A stretch of 63,730 nucleotides of DNA, the filler included, from Collodictyon triciliatum (lineage: Eukaryota): the NCBI GenBank assembly GCA_043381765.1. It is 7 parts of 7 records of this genome, joined end to end, with 100 filler letters (N's around TTAATTAATTAA, not from the genome) between each part and the next. Parts side by side here need not be neighbours in the genome. Positions count along the whole stretch, not along the records: positions 43,052 to 53,802 come from JBHJMP010002572.1; positions 53,903 to 59,970 come from JBHJMP010002610.1; positions 60,071 to 62,304 come from JBHJMP010002631.1; 4 more parts are not named here. One strand, given 5' to 3'. A model generated the notes under the pieces. That model searched no databases. It was not told the DNA's origin and saw only the letters and a list, made by a program, of their open reading frames with translations. Position numbers and translations under genes: made by a program. This document shows positions 51,701 through 60,179 of this stretch, piece by piece; positions within the stretch are counted from its first letter, which is position 1, and every line of letters starts with the position of its first letter.

Positions 51701-53690
51701 AAGAAAAGATGAAATGTGATCTTTTGAGAGATTTGAGCGGAGATATAATCGTCAAAAGTAGAATGGCCCGAATGAAAATTTTTTTAATGAAAACGATAAA
51801 AAAATAATTTACAAACGTTTGGATTGCTAGAAAATCTCTCGTTGAGCATAAGAATCTCTTTATACTTTTCCGATTCTCGCTTGCTTTCGTTTATGTACAT
51901 GGCTATATTCTTGACTTGTTCACAAACCTATGCAGAGTGATGGATATCAGAGCAGGAAATATGGACGAGAATTTTTTGATTCATTTTTGCTTTTATATTA
52001 GATAGGAACATACAGTAGGCAAACAACCAAAATTTAGAAAGAAAAGAAAAAGGGAGGAATATCCGTCAACGAACAAACTTCTTTTAAATGAGTGTGGTCC
52101 ACATGAGTCTCAGGCGTAACTTTTATCATTTCCTAAAAAAAAAAAAGTATCAGAACGTAGAATGGCACTCTCTAATCACAATATAGATTAAACAGAATAA
52201 TATGTGTATGATAAGTACTTGAAGCAAGAGCTGGTAGCGAGGTATTCTTTGCACAGGAGTGATTAGGTAAGACGATAATTTGAGCCCTCCTGCCATTGGA
52301 TCTTGTTCAAGTTTCTGAGTGTAACAGATGTTAATGGAGCGACGTTTCCATGAAACAGCTACGACATAGGCGATAAACTAAATATTCATTAATAAAAAAA
52401 AGAGTAAACGCACTGACCAAAAGTAGCTTTGAGAATCCTGAAACGTTCTCCAGTTTTTGAAATAATTGGGTTGCATCCTCGAAGGTGTTGATATACGGTG
52501 CATACAGTTTTAAATGAGGAATCTAAAGGCATGTTTCAGATAAGAAAAGTAATTTAGAATATTATTCTTGCCGTTGGAATGATTCGGGACGTAAGGATCA
52601 CCTCCAACGAATATATTTATGGTAGTCTAACAAACAGATAATTTTTCTTTTTTGGTAAAAACAGTAAGCAACCATGTTCCTGATGCAATTATGCAGCGAA
52701 AACTGCCCAGATTGAGTCATTTCACGTCTCAATTCCTAAAAGAAAGAAAAACATAAATGCTTATGATTGTTAACAATTAGCCGAATGGAGAAAAAATGAA
52801 GATGGCGGGAGGAAATTTGTACTTGCAAGAAGACGATGTTTGCCGAAAACAGAGCATTGACTGAAGAAACCAAGGAATCAAATATGCTCTTCTGATATGA
52901 TGAAAATCCTAATAATCCGATGGACCTCTGGATGTTTTGAAGGAAGTGCTATGTATATAGACAAAAAATTACATGTCGAAATTTAGATTGAACGTTCCAA
53001 TAAGATGGTGAGGAGTCTGGAAAAGAAAAAGAAGTGGTATGAAAATGATAATGAAAATAATGTGATACGATTATATATTTTTCAACAGCCTCTGAGGATG
53101 TTGACAATAATGCTATGCAAATGCGCTTGCTGAGATGAAAGAACGAGCAGACTCGACTTTAACATCGAAATGAGTCCTAATCGACTTCATGGAAACTTTG
53201 ACTGAAGAAAAAAAACACATATATTAATGCAGAAGGGAAAAGTCACCTCAATCAGTATCCGGAGTCCACGAACATACGTCTCTTCCGTCGTAATGAATTC
53301 TGTTATGACCTGTTATGCATAATTTTACAAATGGATGGTAAGCGATGAAGAAGATTTATTTTTATCAGAATTGCATGATAAAAAATAAAAGAGAATAAGA
53401 ATAAAATAGAAAGTAATAGATATGACGTTTGCCAGCATCACAACCTTAAGACGGTGTCTGACTGGGCTAGAGGCAGGAGACGCGCGATATTCAGAAACTA
53501 CATATATCAATAACATATGTTAAAGCATATCGGAAATCGTTTACATAGCTGCGATGATAAAGAAAAAAAGCTCACTTATGCCGTTCCATCTTTTGCGATG
53601 TGCTTGTCCAGCAACAAATGCTTGCAATTTCGTAAATAAACTTCCAACTCGATCTTGCATCTTTTGCTTCGACCTACGTGCGATAGATTC
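48768..53690 (-). CDS. Dbl-family RhoGEF: IQ-like motif, DH domain, PH-like domain and C-terminal coiled coil; 5' end cut by the contig end
   Basis: IQ-like LQAFVAGQAHRK. DH motifs VITEFITTEETYVRGL, LKLYAPYINTF, LSSYLITPVQRIPRYQLLLQ, TPETHVD, INESKRESE. PH-like MRGWLAK...YFL. Joining of the distal exons is approximate. Confidence 0.85.
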
Positions 53691-53769
53691 ATTAAGATAT
53701 CACACGTCACAGTTGTATTTCTTTTGTTTTTTGTTTTTTTTTTTTTTTTTTTTTGTTTTTTTTTTTTTT

Positions 53770-53802
<33 letters not shown>

Positions 53803-53902
53803 NNNNNNNNNNNNNNNNNNNNNNNNNNNNNNNNNNNNNNNNNNNNTTAATTAATTAANNNNNNNNNNNNNNNNNNNNNNNNNNNNNNNNNNNNNNNNNN
53901 NN
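53803..53902. other. Artificial contig linker
   Basis: 44 N + TTAATTAATTAA + 44 N. Confidence 0.97.
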
Positions 53903-53965
53903 TTTCTTTTTTGGTCTCTCGATGGTATCCATGTTTTCCGGGTCGCTCATACAACCGCAAAGAAA

Positions 53966-53986
53966 TAATTTCTGGCCCAGAGTATG
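53966..53986 (+). promoter_or_regulatory. Candidate shared upstream motif, copy 1: TAATTTCTGGCCCAGAGTATG
   Basis: Similar to the spacer before the fibre gene (TAAATTCTTGGCAAGTGTAATG). Only two instances are available. Confidence 0.3.
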
Positions 53987-54751
53987 GACAAAGCGTTTTA
54001 CATTTATGTTGATTCCGCCAACCGAGAAAGTGGAAGTATCGCAGACTTTAATTTCGCAACGACACAAAACAGATATGTGTCAAGCAAAGCAAAAATTGGG
54101 CTAGAGAGCATACAAATACCGAATGCCGTACACAATGTCACATCCGCCAACAACGAGTTATCCTTCCTTTGCCAAGTCGGAGCAGGCAGCCCTGTGTCGT
54201 ACAATGTGTCGCTTGAAACTGGATTACAAACAATCAATGAAATAGTTAGTGACATTAGAACAAAGATGAACGCAGTCACAGCATCCCAGTCAGCTAATGC
54301 GGTTGTTTCAGTTTCATTTCTTACCGGCAAACAAAAGATTGCTATCAAAGGAGACGGAGCATCAATCTCATATCAACTGTTTGTGAATACGTCGACGTGC
54401 CGGGACCTAATTGGGCTGACGGCCAATCTGTCATTCAATACGTCTTTTGTGGAGCTACAGAATACAGTCAATATTCGACCTTTTGATTATGTGTATCTGG
54501 TGTCTCCAAATATTCAGAGTTCGAGCTTTGCCAGCAATATAGGCGGCAATGGCATCATCGCAAAAATACCGCTGACTCTTGGGGCGAGATATTCGAGTTA
54601 TTACGAGGTCAATGACAATATATTAGAGAATCTGATGGACTGCTCGTATATCCCCTTCAGCTGGAATTTTCGATTGGTAGATAGACTGGGACGCACAATT
54701 AATTTGTTACAAGACTACTCATTTACGCTGCGTGTAATTCCAGAGGAATAA
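53984..54751 (+). CDS. Minor capsid (penton) protein, single jelly-roll with insertion domain, PLV/Polinton/NCLDV type (255 aa)
   Basis: Family-like motifs in order: IYVDSANR...F.F; I.LESIQIPN..HNV...NN.L.F; G......I...MN; LIG; VNI....YVYL.S; IIAKIPL; FRLVD..G..INL..DYSFTL.V. The length is typical for this family. Confidence 0.8.
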   Translation: MDKAFYIYVDSANRESGSIADFNFATTQNRYVSSKAKIGLESIQIPNAVHNVTSANNELSFLCQVGAGSPVSYNVSLETGLQTINEIVSDIRTKMNAVTASQSANAVVSVSFLTGKQKIAIKGDGASISYQLFVNTSTCRDLIGLTANLSFNTSFVELQNTVNIRPFDYVYLVSPNIQSSSFASNIGGNGIIAKIPLTLGARYSSYYEVNDNILENLMDCSYIPFSWNFRLVDRLGRTINLLQDYSFTLRVIPEE

Positions 54752-54770
54752 ATTCTTGGCAAGTGTAATG
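54749..54770 (+). promoter_or_regulatory. Candidate shared upstream motif, copy 2: TAAATTCTTGGCAAGTGTAATG
   Basis: Fills the whole 16-nt penton-fibre spacer and resembles copy 1. Confidence 0.3.
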
Positions 54771-56390
54771 GGGTTTTTCATAACAGAAGAAAAAGAGTTA
54801 CCGGAATTTTCCAATCAAGACGCAAACAAAATTTTGAAAGTAGATTCAAGTGGGCTTTATTTACAGTGGCTACAAGAAACAGTAGCACCGGCTGAGCTGC
54901 CTAGCCAAGCGGGGAACAATGGACGTTTTCTGACAACAAACGGCACAACTCCGTCGTGGTCGAACCAAATACAATTTAGTAACACAGCGGGCAATGTAAC
55001 AACTATAAGTAGACAAACTTATGGAGCAGCCAGCAATTTGATAACTACTTCGACAGCAAATACATCGGCCAATACTTCTAGTGAATACGGCATTGAAGTT
55101 TTGCCAAATAAAATATCATTTCAACGATTTGTCTCAGGTAGTACAGCTACGATAGGAGCACGTACTGAAATAGCAAGTTTAGATGCATCAAATTTTAATT
55201 TAAATGGGTTAGGTATCCTTTCATCAGGTAGTGCATGGGTGAATATATCATCAAGGTTGCGATGGAGTGACAATCATTATATAGAGCATAGCTCAGGGAG
55301 CTCAACAGGGCCTGTATCAGCATCATTAAGTTTTTGGATTGGGACTCCAAACACATCTGCCGGTGATGCACAAGGTCGTTTTTTAGCAGAGCGATTGACT
55401 GTTGCCAGCACTGTCACCACAGTCCGAAATACGTTAAATTGTATTGGAATGAATGGAACGGGTGGTACAGCGGGCAACCCTGCTCTTATTTTTGGAGACA
55501 ACACAAATTTACCAGCCGCAAACAGAAGCGGTATTTATGGCTCAGATGATACTGTATCTATCTCGACAAATGGTGTGCAAAGATTGGAAGTAAACAATAA
55601 TGGTATTTTTATATCAGGTGCAAATAATGGCTTACGGGGTATATTAGATATAACAGACAGTAGTAGTTCAGCAGCAGCACCTAGTATAAAAATAAACGCA
55701 TCTTCTGGAAATGACACTGGAATATTTTCCCAAGTTCAGAATAGATTACAGATTGCTGTCGCAGGGAATGAAGTATTTAGATTTGACAATGGTATAAATG
55801 CAAACTATAACATATTATTCCTCAATGACCATCTTAGGATGGTAGATAACAAAGAAATACAGTTTGGGACAAGTACTTTCGGAACAAATGCGATTAAAGG
55901 CACTTATGCCGGCGACAATTCAGAAATTTTGTTTACAATTGGAGACATTCAACACGTCCAGTTTAAAAAAAGCCAAGTAAACTTTTTGCGAAATGTATCC
56001 TTTGGGCAATGTCCCTTATATGATTTTACTTTATTCAGTAACAATTCATCAGAGTATCAAATTGGTACAAATACACCCCCGGTTATATTTTTCAGCCCAC
56101 CCGCGGCAAACAATAGCACTAATACAGTCTTTTTTCCCACGTGTGACACTTTGCCAGTGGGCTGGCAGGTGCGTATCATTTTCCACAATATGAATGATAC
56201 ATACTTTAATAACAAAGGCCGTTTAAGATTTGCTACACAAACAGTTAATCTGTTTCGCACAGGGGTTTCGTACTGGAATGCAAATGATTATAACGAATTA
56301 GTAAATGGGACAGTTGTTGATGTAATAAATTATCGTCGCACAGTAACAGCAGACAGTCGCTGGTATGTCGTTGGTGTCGTAAGTCCATAA
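54768..56390 (+). CDS. Virion fibre/spike protein (540 aa from ATG 54768)
   Basis: Two N-terminal repeats (LPEFSNQDANKILKVDSSG..LQW and LPSQAGNNGRFLTTNGTTPSW), a Gly/Ser/Thr/Asn-rich shaft with two phage-tail-fibre-like repeats, and a C-terminal beta-rich head. Directly downstream of the penton gene. Confidence 0.75.
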   Translation: MGFFITEEKELPEFSNQDANKILKVDSSGLYLQWLQETVAPAELPSQAGNNGRFLTTNGTTPSWSNQIQFSNTAGNVTTISRQTYGAASNLITTSTANTSANTSSEYGIEVLPNKISFQRFVSGSTATIGARTEIASLDASNFNLNGLGILSSGSAWVNISSRLRWSDNHYIEHSSGSSTGPVSASLSFWIGTPNTSAGDAQGRFLAERLTVASTVTTVRNTLNCIGMNGTGGTAGNPALIFGDNTNLPAANRSGIYGSDDTVSISTNGVQRLEVNNNGIFISGANNGLRGILDITDSSSSAAAPSIKINASSGNDTGIFSQVQNRLQIAVAGNEVFRFDNGINANYNILFLNDHLRMVDNKEIQFGTSTFGTNAIKGTYAGDNSEILFTIGDIQHVQFKKSQVNFLRNVSFGQCPLYDFTLFSNNSSEYQIGTNTPPVIFFSPPAANNSTNTVFFPTCDTLPVGWQVRIIFHNMNDTYFNNKGRLRFATQTVNLFRTGVSYWNANDYNELVNGTVVDVINYRRTVTADSRWYVVGVVSP

Positions 56391-56419
56391 ACAATTTTTA
56401 TTATAATAACAATTGTTTA
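56388..56419. terminator. 32-nt AT-rich palindrome spanning both stop codons of the convergent viral genes; candidate bidirectional hairpin polyadenylation/termination signal
   Basis: TAAACAATTTTTATTATAATAACAATTGTTTA: 15 of 16 symmetric positions are complementary, giving a 14-position stem with 13 pairs, one mismatch and a TATA loop. Confidence 0.7.
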
Positions 56420-59400
56420 AAAAATAGCCTGTGAAAGGTTTTTCATTGGTGTGCCAAATATTCGTTCAGTGACAGGCCCGTAAGACTTTCTGCCAAATGC
56501 ACCTGAGCTGACAAAATACTGGGCATCCCTGGCTGATCCAAATGATCGTTTTTTACCACCCCCGTGAACAACATAATTTAAACCTTCTCGTCTAATATTA
56601 TATTGTGACTGGCCTGGAACGATAACAGTTCCAAGGTCAGAATTTACCACTCTACCTAAACTTTGTTGGGGTAAAAAAGTGACATTCCGGAGCTTCTGTG
56701 TTGTTTCTCCTCCATATTTTGGTTCATATTTTAGAGGCCAGGCACCTTCAGCACGAGCCAATTTAATTTGTTCATCTAACTGCGCCCGTGTCATTTCATC
56801 AGTGGTTCTTTCAAAAAAGTTATAAATAATATCTTTTATTAATGAAGCATCAGATGACAAGTCAATGTATTCAATTCCCATATTTCTCATTTTTTGCTCA
56901 AAAGCTTCAAAACTATTTATTTCGGTACCTGCAAATGTTATAGGCAATCCCGTATTTAACATTTGATTTCTATATTTCTGTTCTATTCCTCTGGAAATTG
57001 TTGTGGCAAACTTGGACTGACTGCCATAATCACGCCCTTCTTTTCCTGTTAAAATGGGGCGAGAGGTGTTAAATATTGGAACTTGTGAGGAAGTTAAACT
57101 TCCTGCTCGGACAGGAGCAGCTCCGCCTCCTACCATGCCTGCAATAAACGCCGGAATGCCCCTGACCCTCGCCTGTGAACTTGTGCTTTGTTGTGACATA
57201 TTATTAGCAATATTAAAAATTGGTTGCTGAACTGGTTGAGTTGGCAAAGGTTGGGAAAATTGGGTAGGTGCTTGAGGAGCGGGACGATTAAAAACTGTTG
57301 GAGGTATTAAAGGGCGTACGCTTGCAGCCCGTAATTGCTCAGCCATTCTTAACTGTTCTTGTAAACTAGCAACTTGTTTTATAAGTTCGTCTCTTTCTGT
57401 AGTGTCTGTTGTTTGATTTGCTGTGTTTTCTAAATCTCTTATTTTTTGAAGCAATTCTTGATTATAACCTTGTTCCCTATTGGCTCGATTAATTGCTTGT
57501 TTCAGCCGTATACCTTTGCCAGCAAGTGCTTTATCTAATTCAATTGCAGCGTTTGCTTGAGCTGCTTCTAATTCTGCTCTTAATTTACCTACTTCTATAC
57601 GACTAAGTCTAATTTCTTCTGTAAGTCTTGCATTTGTTACTTCGTCATCAGACATTTTAGATCTTGCTCGTGCTATACTATTTTGTGCTTTTCGTAATTC
57701 AGAATCCTTTTGTTTAAGAGTCGCTTTGATTTTATCTATGGGAGTTGTATCAACCTTTCTAGAAGGAGCTACTTTTTCTACTCCAGGGGCTTGTGTAGAG
57801 CTACTTATTGGTGAAAGTGCCTTTGATCTTGTCGGGGCCTGGGACTGTGATTGTAATGGTCTAGGGACTGCTTGTAATCTTTGAATTGTTGCCTCGGCTT
57901 CACCTAATTTATCTTGTAAATCATTGATAAAACGATTCCTTTGTTGTTCGTCATAACTTGCATCATCTTTTACTGCTCTCATTTGATCTTCATAATCCTT
58001 TTTTTCAGCTTGTGCTTGTCTTAATCTTGCTAAACGTATTTCAAGATCTGACATTTCAGTTTCATCATCTACTGTTCTATTTTGCATTTCTTTTAATCGG
58101 TTCAGACGCAATTCTAAATTATCATCTTCTAAATTGTCCCTTTCCTCTTCCATCAATCGTATGTATTCTTCAAATTTATCCTGTAAGAGTTGATTTTCTG
58201 ATCTAAAATCAGCAACAGTATCCGTAGCAGTACCACGTTCTATTCTTACTGTTTGCATTATGGAAGGTGCTGGTGTGAAAACTGCTGTTGGATAAACAGA
58301 TTTAGCTGGAGTATAAACTTGCGTCCTGATTGTTACAGGACTGTCTTCGGTAAATAGTCGTCTAGCAGCTCTTGTAAAATCTGTTTGCACTTCTTCCTCA
58401 TTAAATGCTTTCATAGGTTTTCTTGGAGTAAGAGCATTTACGCTTTCAACCAAAGTTTTATGTGAATCATATAATTGTTTTTCAGTGATATTCCAAATTG
58501 CTCTGTGTTGTGCATCTTGCGTTAACAAAGCCTTAAACAATTGGTCATATTCTCCTTGAACTAAATCACGACTATTATGTACTCTTATGACTTCCTGAAT
58601 TAATTCTTCTCTTGTCATATTTTCAAGATACATGAATCCAGACGGCAATGTTATGATTTCAGGGGCAGCTTCAATAGGGTCCCCGGTAAAATCAGGAGCG
58701 GGGGTAGTAGGAGTAGGTGGAGGTAAATCATCTTCAATTACCTCAAACTTTCTATCTAAGTTTATTTTAGTTCTTGGTTGGTTTTGCTGCATTTGCATGT
58801 ATTGGTCAATTGGCATTTCTAAAATTTGCATTCCCTGTATAGGATTGTCATATCTTTTGTTGTCAGTAGTAACTTTATTACCACCAATTCGTGTAACTGG
58901 GGCTGGAGTTGCAAAACCTGTAGACTTTGGAAGCTGTGTTTCTCTACGTGGTTCTGACAGTGAGATGTCACGACGAACGGGGCGTTGGGGTGTTCTATCT
59001 AACAAATTTTGATTTATTTGTTGAACTGATTCCTGTAATCTTTGTTTTCTTGCCGGGGACATATAAGGCGAATTAGCCACTGCTTGCATTTGCTCATAAA
59101 TATTGTTTATAAAATTATCTTCATTAAATAAAACAGTGCGCCGTCTGTTAAATGGAGTTCCGGGTTGGCTACCCCTAGGAGTTCTCTGGATAGTTTCTAT
59201 TACATAAGTTGCTGGTTGAAACTCCGTTTCATCTAAATTTTCTTCATTCATAAAGTTTAATATCATGGCGTCTATCTCATTTAATTTTTCTTCTGTACTA
59301 TCAATATTTGGAGCCAGTGTTTGTAAAGCAAATTCTTGAAATTTCCAATATTGCTCGGCGATTTTATCTTCTAAATAATCTTCTCTTAACTGGTAGGCTT

Positions 59401-59968
59401 GCAGTAACATAGCATATTCTTCGACTTGTTTTTCCAATAAATTAAAATCAAACATATCCTCAATTACAACATCAGACATATCTACATCATACCCCTTGTA
59501 TTTTTCTCTTTGTGTTGCAAGATATTCATCTATTTCATCTCTTGGTCTTGCTTTTTCTATTTGTTGTTCTCTTGTACTCAGTTGTTGTTTTACTTGTTCT
59601 TTTTTTTCTTCTTTTGCCAACGCAATAACTTTTCTGATATAAAATAATTGAGCATATGTTAGCATTTGTGGATCTACTCCTTCGGGAACAACCAGTCCTG
59701 CCTGCAAAACGCTTTGTAGAGCTTGATTTCTTGCTGTAAGTAATTTTCTTATTTCATTGAGTTCTTCATCAGTTTTTGTTTGATCTTTTAGTGCATGATT
59801 TCTTAACTGTTGTCTGGTAGCTTCTTGTTCAGCTCGAATTCTTGCTTGTCTTTCTTCTTCCTCTTTTTTTCTTCTATCGCGATCCTGTTGTCGTAGATTA
59901 CGTTCTTTATCTTGTTTTCTACGCTCAACTTCTTCATTAATTAATTCTTCTTCAGCAATTCTTTGAAT
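56417..59968 (-). CDS. Large coiled-coil/low-complexity viral protein, at least 1183 aa, 5'-truncated
   Basis: The 1096-aa ORF in the track stays open for 87 more codons to the contig end (IQRIAEEELINEEVERRKQ...NQALQSV). It is intronless and no family was recognised. Confidence 0.85.
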   Translation of the reverse strand: MQRIAEEELINEEVERRKQDKERNLRQQDRDRRKKEEEERQARIRAEQEATRQQLRNHALKDQTKTDEELNEIRKLLTARNQALQSVLQAGLVVPEGVDPQMLTYAQLFYIRKVIALAKEEKKEQVKQQLSTREQQIEKARPRDEIDEYLATQREKYKGYDVDMSDVVIEDMFDFNLLEKQVEEYAMLLQAYQLREDYLEDKIAEQYWKFQEFALQTLAPNIDSTEEKLNEIDAMILNFMNEENLDETEFQPATYVIETIQRTPRGSQPGTPFNRRRTVLFNEDNFINNIYEQMQAVANSPYMSPARKQRLQESVQQINQNLLDRTPQRPVRRDISLSEPRRETQLPKSTGFATPAPVTRIGGNKVTTDNKRYDNPIQGMQILEMPIDQYMQMQQNQPRTKINLDRKFEVIEDDLPPPTPTTPAPDFTGDPIEAAPEIITLPSGFMYLENMTREELIQEVIRVHNSRDLVQGEYDQLFKALLTQDAQHRAIWNITEKQLYDSHKTLVESVNALTPRKPMKAFNEEEVQTDFTRAARRLFTEDSPVTIRTQVYTPAKSVYPTAVFTPAPSIMQTVRIERGTATDTVADFRSENQLLQDKFEEYIRLMEEERDNLEDDNLELRLNRLKEMQNRTVDDETEMSDLEIRLARLRQAQAEKKDYEDQMRAVKDDASYDEQQRNRFINDLQDKLGEAEATIQRLQAVPRPLQSQSQAPTRSKALSPISSSTQAPGVEKVAPSRKVDTTPIDKIKATLKQKDSELRKAQNSIARARSKMSDDEVTNARLTEEIRLSRIEVGKLRAELEAAQANAAIELDKALAGKGIRLKQAINRANREQGYNQELLQKIRDLENTANQTTDTTERDELIKQVASLQEQLRMAEQLRAASVRPLIPPTVFNRPAPQAPTQFSQPLPTQPVQQPIFNIANNMSQQSTSSQARVRGIPAFIAGMVGGGAAPVRAGSLTSSQVPIFNTSRPILTGKEGRDYGSQSKFATTISRGIEQKYRNQMLNTGLPITFAGTEINSFEAFEQKMRNMGIEYIDLSSDASLIKDIIYNFFERTTDEMTRAQLDEQIKLARAEGAWPLKYEPKYGGETTQKLRNVTFLPQQSLGRVVNSDLGTVIVPGQSQYNIRREGLNYVVHGGGKKRSFGSARDAQYFVSSGAFGRKSYGPVTERIFGTPMKNLSQAIF

Positions 59969-59970
59969 GA

Positions 59971-60070
59971 NNNNNNNNNNNNNNNNNNNNNNNNNNNNNN
60001 NNNNNNNNNNNNNNTTAATTAATTAANNNNNNNNNNNNNNNNNNNNNNNNNNNNNNNNNNNNNNNNNNNN
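59971..60070. other. Artificial contig linker
   Basis: 44 N + TTAATTAATTAA + 44 N. Confidence 0.97.
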
Positions 60071-60179
60071 TATATATATCCCATTTTTCAGCATATGAAC
60101 ATCAATGACCCTCTCCTACCTCAAAATCTTCACTCTTTTCAGGGGGGAAATTCAGAAATTCTTCTGTAGTGGAGTCCAG

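Larger units (their letters stand above)
53903..59970. mobile_element. 6-kb fragment of a Polinton-like virus / virophage-like dsDNA virus (structural module), endogenous or co-sequenced
   Basis: Separate contig, almost fully coding, with no introns or microsatellites and intergenic spacers of 16-26 nt. It encodes a penton-like protein and a fibre-like protein. No MCP, ATPase, polymerase, integrase or TIR is visible in the fragment. Confidence 0.8.
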
